From a virus (Duplodnaviria; Caudoviricetes), in IMG/VR virus record IMGVR_UViG_3300009868_000002, positions 39,556-103,555 of that record: 64,000 bases of DNA, one strand, 5' to 3'. Below are positions 9,201 through 17,907 of this stretch, piece after piece. Within the stretch, counting starts at the first letter, position 1. The number at the start of each line of letters is the position of its first letter. A program made the position numbers and the translations under genes. The notes below the pieces were generated by a model. That model made no database searches, had not been told where the DNA came from, and worked only from the letters and a program-made list of their open reading frames with translations.

Positions 9201-11761
9201 TTGGTGGTGCTGTCGATGTAGCAGAGGCAGACAGGAATGCACTATATCAGAGGCTGATAGGTATACATAACGCCATCAGCCATCCGGGGCAGACGATATT
9301 TGCGCTGGATAACAATGGAGGCTTTGGCGCCATCAACTTTGAAGGCAACAGCCCTGAAAGCATAGCGGCTTATGATAAGCGCTGGCAGAAGACATACGAT
9401 GCCAACCTGGAAGAGATATTGAAAGACATCAAGCTGATGAGTGTCATCTATCAGCAGGATGAAGTGCTGGCAGAGGATGCCAACCAGGCTGACTATGAAG
9501 AGAGTGAAGAAGATTCTCTCCCCGGCAATGAAAAGAAGGGAGACAGATATGGGGGATTATCCTCTACATCAAAAGCTTTCAGGCAGTACATCCTTACCAC
9601 CTATGGAGAGATGGACTACTTCGAGCTGGGCATAGGTGAAGATATACTCAAAGCTGACGCCAACAAGGAGTTGTTTCTATTCCCTGCCAACCCTGGTATA
9701 CTGTATAACGGTATCTTGGCGGCACTGCGCGATACTCCTATTCAGGAAGTGATGTCCCGCTTTGTGGTATGGAGCAGGGACAACAAGAATAGTAGGCTGC
9801 TGGCAGAGCGTCTGTTTAGCGACATCAAGGCAGAGCTCAAGCAGAATGGGATTGCTGTAAGGGACATCGAAGACTATCTGGCAAATGTCGCCAACGTAGC
9901 AACGCTAATACGCAATAGCAATACATTCAACCTCTTCATCAACAACTTCACCAAGCATAGCAGGGAGTACCTGGACTTGATACTTGACCCCACGAAGACA
10001 CATACCCTCATCAGTCCTATGCACGCTAACCAGCAGGATAGCGACGCCATGCAGGTAAACAGGTGGCGTGCCAAGATGGCGAGGGCCTATGAGAAAGCAC
10101 CGGCAGGTACTCCTTTCTTTGGGCAGAACAACGTATTGCACGGTGTGCTGCAGGACATCCAAGCCAAGTTTGAATTCTTTAGCGGCAAGAATGTCGACAA
10201 GACGGTGAGGGAGATAAAGGCGTTATTTGACAGCATCGGTATAGAGGTGGCACCGGGGTATATACGCTATAGCCTGTATCGCAATAAAGCCAACGAGTTT
10301 GAAGCTTTGGACCCCAACGATGAAACGGCAGATAGCGACTTCATCAAGTTTGGCAGGACGTATGATAGTATCAACGAGCCTACCATCGCTGAAGAGCTGG
10401 GGGGATTGACAGAAGTGGCGCGTGGCGGTACCGTGCAGGTGGTAGGGGATTTCTTCACCAGCGAAAAGGGAGCGCTTAGCAGGCTGATGAAGCTGGCACG
10501 TACCAATACGCTGTTCGACGAGACGCTCTTCCGTACCAGCATACAAAACTCCAATGGCGAGAGGGTATTTCCTATATCGTCGCCGTCATTTGTCTCTACG
10601 ATGTCGCTGCTGCTGCGTGACAGGAGAAGGAGAGCTTTCGTTGACGCTATGCGGGTGCTGGCAGCGAATCCTACTAAAGCTAACGACAAGAAAGCATACC
10701 AGGCATTTACCGATAGCATGGGAAGTGAATTAGGATTGGAGCCCTACTTTGCACGGCGCTACTTCGACAACATTAAGAATAACCCGCTGCTGCTGGGGCT
10801 GACGAATGACGGCAGCTATGATAACCGCATCAGCGAAGTATTCCTTAACTACTTCATCGACTATAACTTGTTTGGTGTAAGGCTGGACTTCTTGGAAGAA
10901 GTCGAAGAGACGGGTGAGGTAGTCAGGGAGACATGGAAGCAGGGATATAGGGAGGGCGCCGACTACTCCGACTTGGATGCTTTCAGTAAGCTTGTCGCCA
11001 AGATGTCGTTTTATATTGATAGCACAGGTACTATTAACAGGGCTGCTTCGGAAGCTATCGAAAGCAAGAAGGAAGTGCTAGTGCCTTTCCGCGTCGTCGT
11101 TCCGGCGGTGTTGGAAGCCAAAAAGACGGCTAATGCTTTTGCTGTGCCAGTGCTTAAGTACACCAGAACCGATAAGGAGAAAGGCTTGGTGCTATCAGAT
11201 ATAGGCAAGAAAGTATTTAAAGCACACCTACAGCGGGAAGTGGATAATCTCAACAAGACAAAAGCGGAGATTGCCGCCATCATCAAGGGCGACAAGATAG
11301 AGAATATCGTCGAGAAGTACCACTACATTCCTTATAACGATAGCAAGTATACGTATCAGGACGGCACTTTCTACGAGATTGTGCCAAAGTTTATACGCGA
11401 TGAATATGGTGCTCCCGTCATGGACAGCATGCAAGTTACCGTCGTCACGGATAGCAAATTGATTGAAGATTTGCAGAAGGAACTTCCCAAGCTACGGGGG
11501 CTGCGCTTATTCGATATGCGCATACTTCCTAATGCCGACGAGATAGAAAAGGCAGGCGTCATACCGAAAGACATCGACGACGTAATAGACAGCCACATGC
11601 AGTCGGAATTTCATAAATTTGTACAGCTATTGCGTGTCAAGCACCGTGCTGTTGTTTCCGACTTGCACGGAAAGAAGGGACAGGAGCTATTAGCGATACT
11701 AAACCAGCAGCAGGCATTCAAAGATGCCTGGGCTAAAATAAGCAGATTACCATGCAAATGA
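3272..11761 (+). CDS. Giant virion cargo protein (2829 aa) with zincin-like metallopeptidase motif
   Basis: EWHEAFHVVF (HExxH, ~8579-8593) plus downstream EEKMADDF; N-terminal hydrophobic Gly/Ala-rich helices; Pro-rich linker; position beside the virion RNAP. Confidence 0.75.
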   Translation: MAKVTRPIANLNPITGQPILPPADAGYKFGQVQAGGGFAPWSDIDLSEFRRLVPIPVLTGDEAVDYARLTEERAQNQSTFEQYRNGVIKWAGKTATALIGGLATVPYTIGVAGLQLADIAIPGNVVKWSDIYNNAFQRSLDSANQWMDKNLPNYYTKAQQEMGLGRQMLTANFWANDFLGGMSFMTGAILSEITASYLTALTFGAAAPAQMMITQGILARTAKLMKMLQRTAPIDDVIKGYAALGKSGAAFQNIQGLRSIITGAGYEAGVEARHFIDEAERDMISSFVDAEGREPTAEEHASMMDRITRQANGVFATNLGLVGASNAAIFTKTFAPLRNMIGKALRMGPAPIAGGVLSPFVKEGEKLAAREIGNWEKALVSAYKLAKKPFIEGVWEEGLQGVTSSAAVDYVMKKYSHDGGDATYSMAEAITKGFEQAYGTKEGQKEVLIGAIMGLIGSPITRFEGSSIKDVVNYLRQGDANKAFAERYNNVQTLPTIQAAVKSTIRGHELNQEMDYAIDRDDFFKAKNAEDDGIFNLLQMRYDSGYLDQVVDDFDDAVRDYLANSEEDGYKKMAADFGFDPSTSVTEMKDRLKEVRAGLEMKVEAFRKAKQNAKDALIRPDADLEEGLTYTLYNIGRKSEREKEVASEIQRIVGDVDTRELEDIRNSNLSILFSRNWKKTFESERGNLLDEMDTMEKDLAEARQNYDKAQKKFEDKIKRLGKRRTPKTAKEIEDINKLPEEQRELLRYQETGYTQELLDIESSITKLEDNIEKQRKKIAAKVAKEYQDRNNTSIPYDMDSVEFENLVDRALALRKKLEVHYKSNPVNKKKLKLLFDDLHRLSAYRQRQIMEYNMLVSQPGAENFLENVAELRSLIEQEINSGAEAQLKRADKLFANKARVKKLIARYYSDVSPETKDALLETFKSYVPTADEMAVEAATRQGPDALNALIEGATKVSAGHQYVSNLFRTMPQWMRAGNAAMQAEKQAAEQAVQQQQEEPKEEGGIPVPPGSFKKQEGAAPISPSTTTEGAVKPPAGFTAPGAAKSFVAEVTEGEKPPEGFTAAPPTAPPAGFTAPTATPPPKGFTAGEPETKGGRQVAVTNPNELLWIWNDYPEARNQELWEESFDEATGRGIREYPDATKKAMRAYTAKPKASNLQLRIEEWNPAAENLEPEVRITDDVVMMRTYLRGGKHWRARLFVREDANDEWHEVGSLLNPKRYVNNDGVPFDLTDPEQRSTLNPAFKEGEQGEKLSTMYEKLTKEESLWSWIDSQIDKGGATVTGTPLQVVFGKSDVHVKMFNFSINHGGTVMRWQEKHGGQSIEEKFPPDIYGREVTIKGKKTKAIIYIDKKTNTATGETKFNYTFLHYDEDGNRMYSEPTPEQSQEIYAEDKALRENKQNKAYRVQDKIILFEYDGHKEWSGVMNPPVDAEAVKAVDAELERIFTKDEEGLYPHQREEEFEEGKGRQVALLPKDEDRYISVLAYDNASGKGNLLKGIHISLQMWVNKLKNADASKLLGGPTSYFNVELGIEMNDTWVNFIVSRTEDGVFYMEPKDSRGVKYRTYIGPNITMEGILNALHTEEYMKSAPTKSKIANYLEGKAKAWGVPGFYIKGTGYRQGNQQGRSVAAFDALALMSPNPSAFLDMDLKEEEEIGAVQEFLEGQEQKEAEEEKKEEVPAKTEAPATKGFTVNLQSTRGEDDDVPFKIVPNVSDKELTTFDEAKANIQSILNIDVKDIDTVVGNIANKGITVGAFMSNVVYLSKKALPKGTEWHEAFHVVFRTFLSNSQISHYLGLARERYTLPSKEALEKFREQAANRKDLTAKQLEDLWLEEKMADDFADFQAHPASYTRTKKHNNAFVRLWNELLKWLGLYSEHADEIEALFSDISIGKFRTATPVYNIFRLRKEAAWLNYPTIEIAENDILPVFDAKTVSSDVHMLAALVYRQLTAQGIDGFNKYHISAILDTMRDRFNPERWDKRLGGAVDVAEADRNALYQRLIGIHNAISHPGQTIFALDNNGGFGAINFEGNSPESIAAYDKRWQKTYDANLEEILKDIKLMSVIYQQDEVLAEDANQADYEESEEDSLPGNEKKGDRYGGLSSTSKAFRQYILTTYGEMDYFELGIGEDILKADANKELFLFPANPGILYNGILAALRDTPIQEVMSRFVVWSRDNKNSRLLAERLFSDIKAELKQNGIAVRDIEDYLANVANVATLIRNSNTFNLFINNFTKHSREYLDLILDPTKTHTLISPMHANQQDSDAMQVNRWRAKMARAYEKAPAGTPFFGQNNVLHGVLQDIQAKFEFFSGKNVDKTVREIKALFDSIGIEVAPGYIRYSLYRNKANEFEALDPNDETADSDFIKFGRTYDSINEPTIAEELGGLTEVARGGTVQVVGDFFTSEKGALSRLMKLARTNTLFDETLFRTSIQNSNGERVFPISSPSFVSTMSLLLRDRRRRAFVDAMRVLAANPTKANDKKAYQAFTDSMGSELGLEPYFARRYFDNIKNNPLLLGLTNDGSYDNRISEVFLNYFIDYNLFGVRLDFLEEVEETGEVVRETWKQGYREGADYSDLDAFSKLVAKMSFYIDSTGTINRAASEAIESKKEVLVPFRVVVPAVLEAKKTANAFAVPVLKYTRTDKEKGLVLSDIGKKVFKAHLQREVDNLNKTKAEIAAIIKGDKIENIVEKYHYIPYNDSKYTYQDGTFYEIVPKFIRDEYGAPVMDSMQVTVVTDSKLIEDLQKELPKLRGLRLFDMRILPNADEIEKAGVIPKDIDDVIDSHMQSEFHKFVQLLRVKHRAVVSDLHGKKGQELLAILNQQQAFKDAWAKISRLPCK

Positions 11762-12249
11762 TTTCCAACGAGATGATAGCCTTGCTGAATTACCGCATTC
11801 AGCAGGAAGAGTTAAGCAGCCGCCTCTATTGGGCGATGAGCCAGTGGCTTGACAAGGTAGGCTACATAGGTGCTGCCAAGCTATGGGCCAAGTACAGCAA
11901 GGAAGAAACAGAGCATGCGCATTGGGCGTATGAATTCCTGCAGGACTTGGATATTCTTCCACTGACGCCTGCCCTGGAAGAGCCTCCGCAGTTGTTTGAG
12001 GGGCTCTCTGGTGTCATCGAAGCGACGGTGCTACATGAAGAAGAGGTGACGAGACAGTGTGAGGAGCTGGCACGTGCAGCGATGGCGGAAGGAAGCTTCC
12101 TGGTATACACGCTGGCACATAAATACGTTGCCGAGCAGAGAGAAGAGTTAAAAAAATCTTACCTGCTGAAGGACAGGCTGGAAGAGTTTGGCAATGACTC
12201 TGTTAACATGAGGCTCTTCGATAAGGAATTAGGCGAGATGGCCGGATAA
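11758..12249 (+). CDS. ftnA: Ferritin (non-heme, FtnA-like)
   Basis: LLNYRIQQEELSSRLYWAMSQW, EETEHA, HEEEVT, EQREE ferroxidase pattern; ATG at 11758 forms an ATGA overlap with the upstream stop. Confidence 0.85.
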   Translation: MISNEMIALLNYRIQQEELSSRLYWAMSQWLDKVGYIGAAKLWAKYSKEETEHAHWAYEFLQDLDILPLTPALEEPPQLFEGLSGVIEATVLHEEEVTRQCEELARAAMAEGSFLVYTLAHKYVAEQREELKKSYLLKDRLEEFGNDSVNMRLFDKELGEMAG

Positions 12250-12258
12250 AAATATGCT

Positions 12259-15200
12259 ATGGCTTGTACTTTCAAATATAATTCTCCCCTTGGCAAGGAA
12301 GTGAGCTTCACTGCTGACACCCGTGAGGAGTTGCGTAACCAGCTTGTCCGCTATATCATGCTCAATGAAGCGGAAGTATATGGAGAGCTGAAAAATAACA
12401 TCCTTCCCTATAAGGCAGGCAGTGAAACCAACTTCGTCGATGCCGATAACGACATTAGCAAGGAAGCGCTTTTTAGCTTTTTCGCCAACGACTTCCTCTC
12501 ATCGATGTCGCTGATGAACCTGCTGTATGGCGATGCACGGATGATGCATGAAGACTTCAAGGATGCTACCAAGCGTAATGGCAACCTGATATCTGCTGGT
12601 AGCCAGACGGGTGTAGGTATGACGACGGTAGCTGTCATTGCCGACAAGAAGATAGATTTGGCGGAGAGAAATAGCCTGATAAAAACCAACAATACAAAGA
12701 CGAAGTACGAGCCACAGGATGGCCAGAGCTACACCAGCGTACACTGGTATATGGATAAGTATTTGCCTAGCCTTGCACGCTATAGCAAACCCGTAAAGGA
12801 TGCCTTCATGAAGATTCGTGCAGGCATTCCACTGACTAGTAAAGAAACCAGCCTGTTGAAAGTACAGCATGCCAGCTTCATCGACAGGAAGATGGTAGGC
12901 AAGTCTCTCTTCCAGCTGCTGAAGACTTCCACGCACCTGCAAACCAGGGAGAAAACCAGCTACATAGACTACCAGGGAAGGAATAAGGAAGAAGTACATA
13001 AAAAGCTGCTTGGACTATGGAGGCAGTATGATAATGCTGCCAACGAAATCGAGCAGCGCAAAGTCCTGAAGGAGATACATAGTTACTACAAGCCCCAACG
13101 CCATCGCCAGTACCACCACCAGATGCTCAACGACATGGAGATGCGCTCTACGCATTGGGTGGCTATGGGTACTGCATCAAAGACGGTATCTACCGATGTA
13201 GGCAGGTACAATGAAGCAGAAGGTTTCTTCGAGCTGACGCCACACCTGATGCCAGACACGGGTATTCTGGAGCAGGTAAAGACGGACAACCTGAAGAGCG
13301 AAATCATTCACGGCACACAGCTGCAGGGCTTGGTATGGAGTGAGCAGGCTGGTGATGAGCAGAAAGTAGAAACCCCTTCAGGGATAAAGACTACCGTCGG
13401 TGAGCTGCGTAAAGTATATGCACAGCTGCTTGCCGAGCGTACTATCAGGGGCTTGAATGCCAAGCGCAGTGAGCTCTTTACGGAAGAGGGAGAAGTAAAC
13501 TACGAATTGATACACTCCCGCATCATTAGCGGTATGCAGTCCAGCTCTCCTGATACACAGTTATTGGAGCTGTTATCATTAGACGATAAGGGCAAGCCCA
13601 AGTACAACTGGAACCTTCCCGTGCTGCACAAGAAGCTGCAGAACTTGCTGCTCAACTACTTAAGCAAAGATTCCCTCAAGCACGTCGTCGAAGGGCAGAA
13701 GTACACATTGGTATCGGCGGTAGGACATGAGGTGCTGTTCGATAAGAAGACGGGAAGGGTAGTACCTACGTCGGAGTACCTGCGCAATCCCAGCAAGTAT
13801 GAAGGTGATGCTTATGGCACCAGGGACTTGCAGTTTGGCAGGCTGGAGAATGGAGTGTACTATAGTGAGGCCATCGTGCCGCAGCGGGTGCTTGACAAGT
13901 TTGGCATCAAGGTAGGACAGGAGATTGCCGTCAATGGCAGGATGCTTGCACAGATGGGGGTACGTATCCCTACACAGGATAAGCATTCCATGGTAGTGCT
14001 GAAGATTGTCGACTCGCTACCGGAGCTGTATGAGAATAGCGTCATACTACCTTACGAGGTAGTATTCCTGTCGGGTGCTGACTTCGACATTGACAGCTTA
14101 TTTGCCAGGAACTTCTATAGCTATAAAATTGATAAGAAGGCATACTTCTTTGGGCAGTATCATACTGCAGAGAATCCTGTAGAGCAGGCATATAAGGAAT
14201 GGCAGCATAGCAAGGAAGTAGAGAGGCTCTATAGCAAAGAAATCGCTGAATGGGAAGATAGCGATAACCACCTACAAGATTTACTGCAACGGTTAGCACG
14301 TTTCCAAGTAGCCGGAGAAGTGGCTGTTAGCGTGGAGGGTGAAGACTATAAAGGGCTTACTAAGGTACTCGATGAATTGTATGAAGACGGATTGAAGGAA
14401 GCAATCGCAGAGCAGCGTAGCAAAATACGTGAGGTAGTTTCTTCGCAGAAGATGTCTTTGAAGGAGTTTAGCAAGCAGCATGGCAAGCAGATACTGGTCA
14501 ACGTAGCAGCTTATGAAAAAGGGAGCTTAAGCAAGGTTAAGGCTATCACTAATGAAGAGCTTAACAACTTGCTACTGGAAGCAGAGATAGGGATGTCGTT
14601 TAATGAAGGTAATGCCGCTAACGCTACTACGAAGGCATCGCTGGAAGCATTTGAGAAAGCAGGAGAGCTATTCAAGCAATGGGGCATACTCACTGCCGAT
14701 GAAGTGACGGGGCTGTATAATGCCATGGATAAGTTGCTAGCACAGCAGTCCAACGATACGGGCAAGAAGAATATCGGCCCTGGTGCACTGCACAACATTA
14801 TGTTTCAGCTACTGGCAGAGCGCAAGACGCAACTTATAAAAGAGGTACGCACAAAGGCAGCAGCGAATCACGCAATGAAGTATGCCATGCCTGCAGCAGA
14901 CAACCTTACTGGAGCAGCTACTACTACATTAGAGTTGGCTGAGCAGGGACTTCGTACAGCAACAACAAGAAGCTTTCCTTTAGGTAAAATAGGTGATATT
15001 ATTACTTTTGAAGGAAGGCCGACAAAGTATATTATTACAGGAATCGAAACCTTAACAAAAGAAAATACGTCTAATCCAGAGTGGATAAAGCAGTGGAGCC
15101 AAAAAGAGCAATGGACAGAAAAGCACTTTAAGGAAATTCTGGGAGGGAAAACAGTACACATAGGGAGTGTTCAAACATCATTTAGGATAGCTACAGAAGA

Positions 15201-17907
15201 AGAACTGCTACAAAGGAGTGACGAGGCTTACTTTGGCAAATACACAGAGTATGGCAGCTTCACCAACAGCAAACGTGAGCGTATCAATGACTTGATTTCT
15301 ACTGTCATCTCTGGTATGACGGATAACGCCAAGCACCTATTTGCTGCACGCTTTGAGCTTACCTTTGAGCAGGTAGGCCCCTTCATGCACATGATAAGCA
15401 TGGGGATGCCGTTCACTGAAGCACTGTTACTAGTACGACAGCCTATCCTGACTATCTACCAGGATATTCTGGAAGACAAGAAGAGGCTAGTGAAGAAGCG
15501 CGGCGTACTGGAGAAGGAGACTATCCAGGGTATCAAGCTGGATAAGATAGCGCAGGAAGCGGCACGCAGGCTTTATGAGAACCTGTTTGGTGACAAGATA
15601 GAAATCAGAGAACCAGGCGAAGAAGAAGGTGTTGAAGAAGAAGCAACTGCTATCGGATTTGATGAAGCTCTTGTCAAGCCACAGCCTTTTGAAGTAGGGG
15701 AAGATAGCCTGATGAAGATGGCGATACAGTACCAGAGTGGTGCTGTTCCTAATCCTGAAGAGTACTTCGCCAAGCAGGTATACCTGCTTAATGACTACAA
15801 ACGTATCGTCGATGATAGCAAGTCACTGATGGCCTTCTCGCAAGTGCTGCAGCTAATCAAAGGATTCAAGACGACGTTTGCAGAGTCCCGCATGGTAACG
15901 CAAGCATTGGAGAATCTAGGGCTGGAGCCTCACTTTGCCAAGCTGAAGGAAGAAGACGCCAAGAAAGTAAAGGATGAAGTAAGCATCATGACGCTAAAGG
16001 ACGGTACGTTAGTGGCTACCTTTGTCGATAAGTCTACTCCCGGCAGTCCTGCAATGAAGTTTTCGCTACGCCCTACCGCTAAGCTGGCAGAGTCCCCTGA
16101 AGACTTTACCGCTATATCTGAAGGGATACGCGACGTCCTCACTACCAACGAAACTGTCTTTGCCCGTATTGCTACAGACCAGATACTACACCGTGATAGC
16201 GCACAGATAGTGATTCGTGAAACAGATACCTATACAGACTTGGTGAAGGAAGTTAATAGCGCTGTAAACCAATTCTACCTGCTCAACAAGGAAGGCATGG
16301 AGAAGGTAGAGACAGCGTTGATTACTTTCCTCAATATGCGTGCTTTTGCTCATTTAAATAAGCAAGCAAAGATAGGGATTAGCGATAAGGATAATGCCCT
16401 GCGCCTTATGGCGATGTTTAAGCTGATGCCCAATAACGATAGCGTATTGCGCTATATCTTCGACAGGCTGCGCACTATAAAGGAGTTTAAGGCAAACAAG
16501 TTTCTCAACTTCATCCGCATGGATGACGTCGAGATAACGGGTAAGTTCAACCCCTTAGCCAACCTGGTGATGGGTAAGATTGTCGGAGATACACGCAGTG
16601 AATATACGCCCGAATACAGGCAGGACGTCGCTAATGACTTGATAGCACTGGGCAGAGCAGGACAGAAATATGGAAACTTATTTGAAGACGAGAATGCGCT
16701 AAACGACTTGCCGGAAGCAATACGGCAGCTGACACCACGGCAGCTCGCCAAGCTAGCCTACGACATGGCGATACACTATAGTATGCTGGTTGATAATATG
16801 CAGTATCGCAATAACGGCATCGCCAAGCTTATTAACCCTGTAGCGTGGAAGCCTGTAGCGGAAGCGCTAAGTGCTGTACAGCATGTGTTCAACAACAAGC
16901 CGGAGCCTTTTGTCTATCGCGGTACAGAGATGAAGCTGCGCAGCTTTGAAGACTTGTTTGGTTTATCCCGGGATGAGCTCATCGTAGAGTTTATGACGCT
17001 GTATTCCCGCAATGTCGCCAACTCCGCTGAAGTACGCTACATCAATGCACCCAAGATGAAGGTGGTGGTGAATAAAGCTGCTGATGGAGAGGTAGTAACT
17101 TTCAGTGGGCAGCCTTCGATTTCTACGCTGAAGGTTAACCTCAACAGGATTAAGGAAGGGCAGTGGGGTGATACTATTAGTAGGCTAGCTACTTTTGGTT
17201 TTGAACCTCGCGGTGAAGGGCTACTCCGCATACCACAGGTAGTAAAGGTAGGTGCCAAGAGAAGCCCTACACGCTTGATGCATCTGAAGAAGCTGTGGTG
17301 GCATGAGGGAGGGGAGGATGGCAAGACGTATGTATATGAAAGAGAGCCTTATCCTGGCGTCGCCGAAGGAGATGTGACGCTGCACCAAGTGGTACGATAT
17401 GAATATCGCCGTGCTACAGAAAAGGAAAAAGGAGGTAGGATAGAATCTACCAAGCAAGTGGTAAGAAACTTTCCACTGGTAGGCAGGGGTGCTGAATACG
17501 AATTGAGTGAATGGATAATTCCCAAGGGAGTGGTAGGGCTAGCGCTGCCTCTGTACTTGGCAGAGTACACTGCTGCCTATGTACGGCAGCTTACCAAGAG
17601 TCCACAGAGAGGTGCCAAGAAAGAAGAAAAAGAAGAAAAAGAAGGTGTACCACGAGGGTTTACTGCTGCTGCAGTGACAGCACGGGATTTCTACAATGCC
17701 TTAGCTAAAGAATATGGAGTAGCAGATGTTGACGGCATGGAGTACTTCACTAATCCTGAAGTCGCTAAGCGGGTAGAAGGATACGAAAAAGAGTATGGCA
17801 GGAAATTCAAAGTAGTAGCTAAAGAGATTAATAACAAGACGTATTACCGCGTCGACATGGTTATTCCCAGCATCGACAAAGTAACTAAAAGATTAGAATG
17901 TGGCTAG
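12259..17907 (+). CDS. crAss-like virion (ejected) DNA-dependent RNA polymerase
   Basis: Catalytic GADFDIDSLF (~14074-14094) preceded by RIPTQDKHSM, typical of crAss-like virion RNAP; 1882 aa. Confidence 0.88.
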   Translation: MACTFKYNSPLGKEVSFTADTREELRNQLVRYIMLNEAEVYGELKNNILPYKAGSETNFVDADNDISKEALFSFFANDFLSSMSLMNLLYGDARMMHEDFKDATKRNGNLISAGSQTGVGMTTVAVIADKKIDLAERNSLIKTNNTKTKYEPQDGQSYTSVHWYMDKYLPSLARYSKPVKDAFMKIRAGIPLTSKETSLLKVQHASFIDRKMVGKSLFQLLKTSTHLQTREKTSYIDYQGRNKEEVHKKLLGLWRQYDNAANEIEQRKVLKEIHSYYKPQRHRQYHHQMLNDMEMRSTHWVAMGTASKTVSTDVGRYNEAEGFFELTPHLMPDTGILEQVKTDNLKSEIIHGTQLQGLVWSEQAGDEQKVETPSGIKTTVGELRKVYAQLLAERTIRGLNAKRSELFTEEGEVNYELIHSRIISGMQSSSPDTQLLELLSLDDKGKPKYNWNLPVLHKKLQNLLLNYLSKDSLKHVVEGQKYTLVSAVGHEVLFDKKTGRVVPTSEYLRNPSKYEGDAYGTRDLQFGRLENGVYYSEAIVPQRVLDKFGIKVGQEIAVNGRMLAQMGVRIPTQDKHSMVVLKIVDSLPELYENSVILPYEVVFLSGADFDIDSLFARNFYSYKIDKKAYFFGQYHTAENPVEQAYKEWQHSKEVERLYSKEIAEWEDSDNHLQDLLQRLARFQVAGEVAVSVEGEDYKGLTKVLDELYEDGLKEAIAEQRSKIREVVSSQKMSLKEFSKQHGKQILVNVAAYEKGSLSKVKAITNEELNNLLLEAEIGMSFNEGNAANATTKASLEAFEKAGELFKQWGILTADEVTGLYNAMDKLLAQQSNDTGKKNIGPGALHNIMFQLLAERKTQLIKEVRTKAAANHAMKYAMPAADNLTGAATTTLELAEQGLRTATTRSFPLGKIGDIITFEGRPTKYIITGIETLTKENTSNPEWIKQWSQKEQWTEKHFKEILGGKTVHIGSVQTSFRIATEEELLQRSDEAYFGKYTEYGSFTNSKRERINDLISTVISGMTDNAKHLFAARFELTFEQVGPFMHMISMGMPFTEALLLVRQPILTIYQDILEDKKRLVKKRGVLEKETIQGIKLDKIAQEAARRLYENLFGDKIEIREPGEEEGVEEEATAIGFDEALVKPQPFEVGEDSLMKMAIQYQSGAVPNPEEYFAKQVYLLNDYKRIVDDSKSLMAFSQVLQLIKGFKTTFAESRMVTQALENLGLEPHFAKLKEEDAKKVKDEVSIMTLKDGTLVATFVDKSTPGSPAMKFSLRPTAKLAESPEDFTAISEGIRDVLTTNETVFARIATDQILHRDSAQIVIRETDTYTDLVKEVNSAVNQFYLLNKEGMEKVETALITFLNMRAFAHLNKQAKIGISDKDNALRLMAMFKLMPNNDSVLRYIFDRLRTIKEFKANKFLNFIRMDDVEITGKFNPLANLVMGKIVGDTRSEYTPEYRQDVANDLIALGRAGQKYGNLFEDENALNDLPEAIRQLTPRQLAKLAYDMAIHYSMLVDNMQYRNNGIAKLINPVAWKPVAEALSAVQHVFNNKPEPFVYRGTEMKLRSFEDLFGLSRDELIVEFMTLYSRNVANSAEVRYINAPKMKVVVNKAADGEVVTFSGQPSISTLKVNLNRIKEGQWGDTISRLATFGFEPRGEGLLRIPQVVKVGAKRSPTRLMHLKKLWWHEGGEDGKTYVYEREPYPGVAEGDVTLHQVVRYEYRRATEKEKGGRIESTKQVVRNFPLVGRGAEYELSEWIIPKGVVGLALPLYLAEYTAAYVRQLTKSPQRGAKKEEKEEKEGVPRGFTAAAVTARDFYNALAKEYGVADVDGMEYFTNPEVAKRVEGYEKEYGRKFKVVAKEINNKTYYRVDMVIPSIDKVTKRLECG

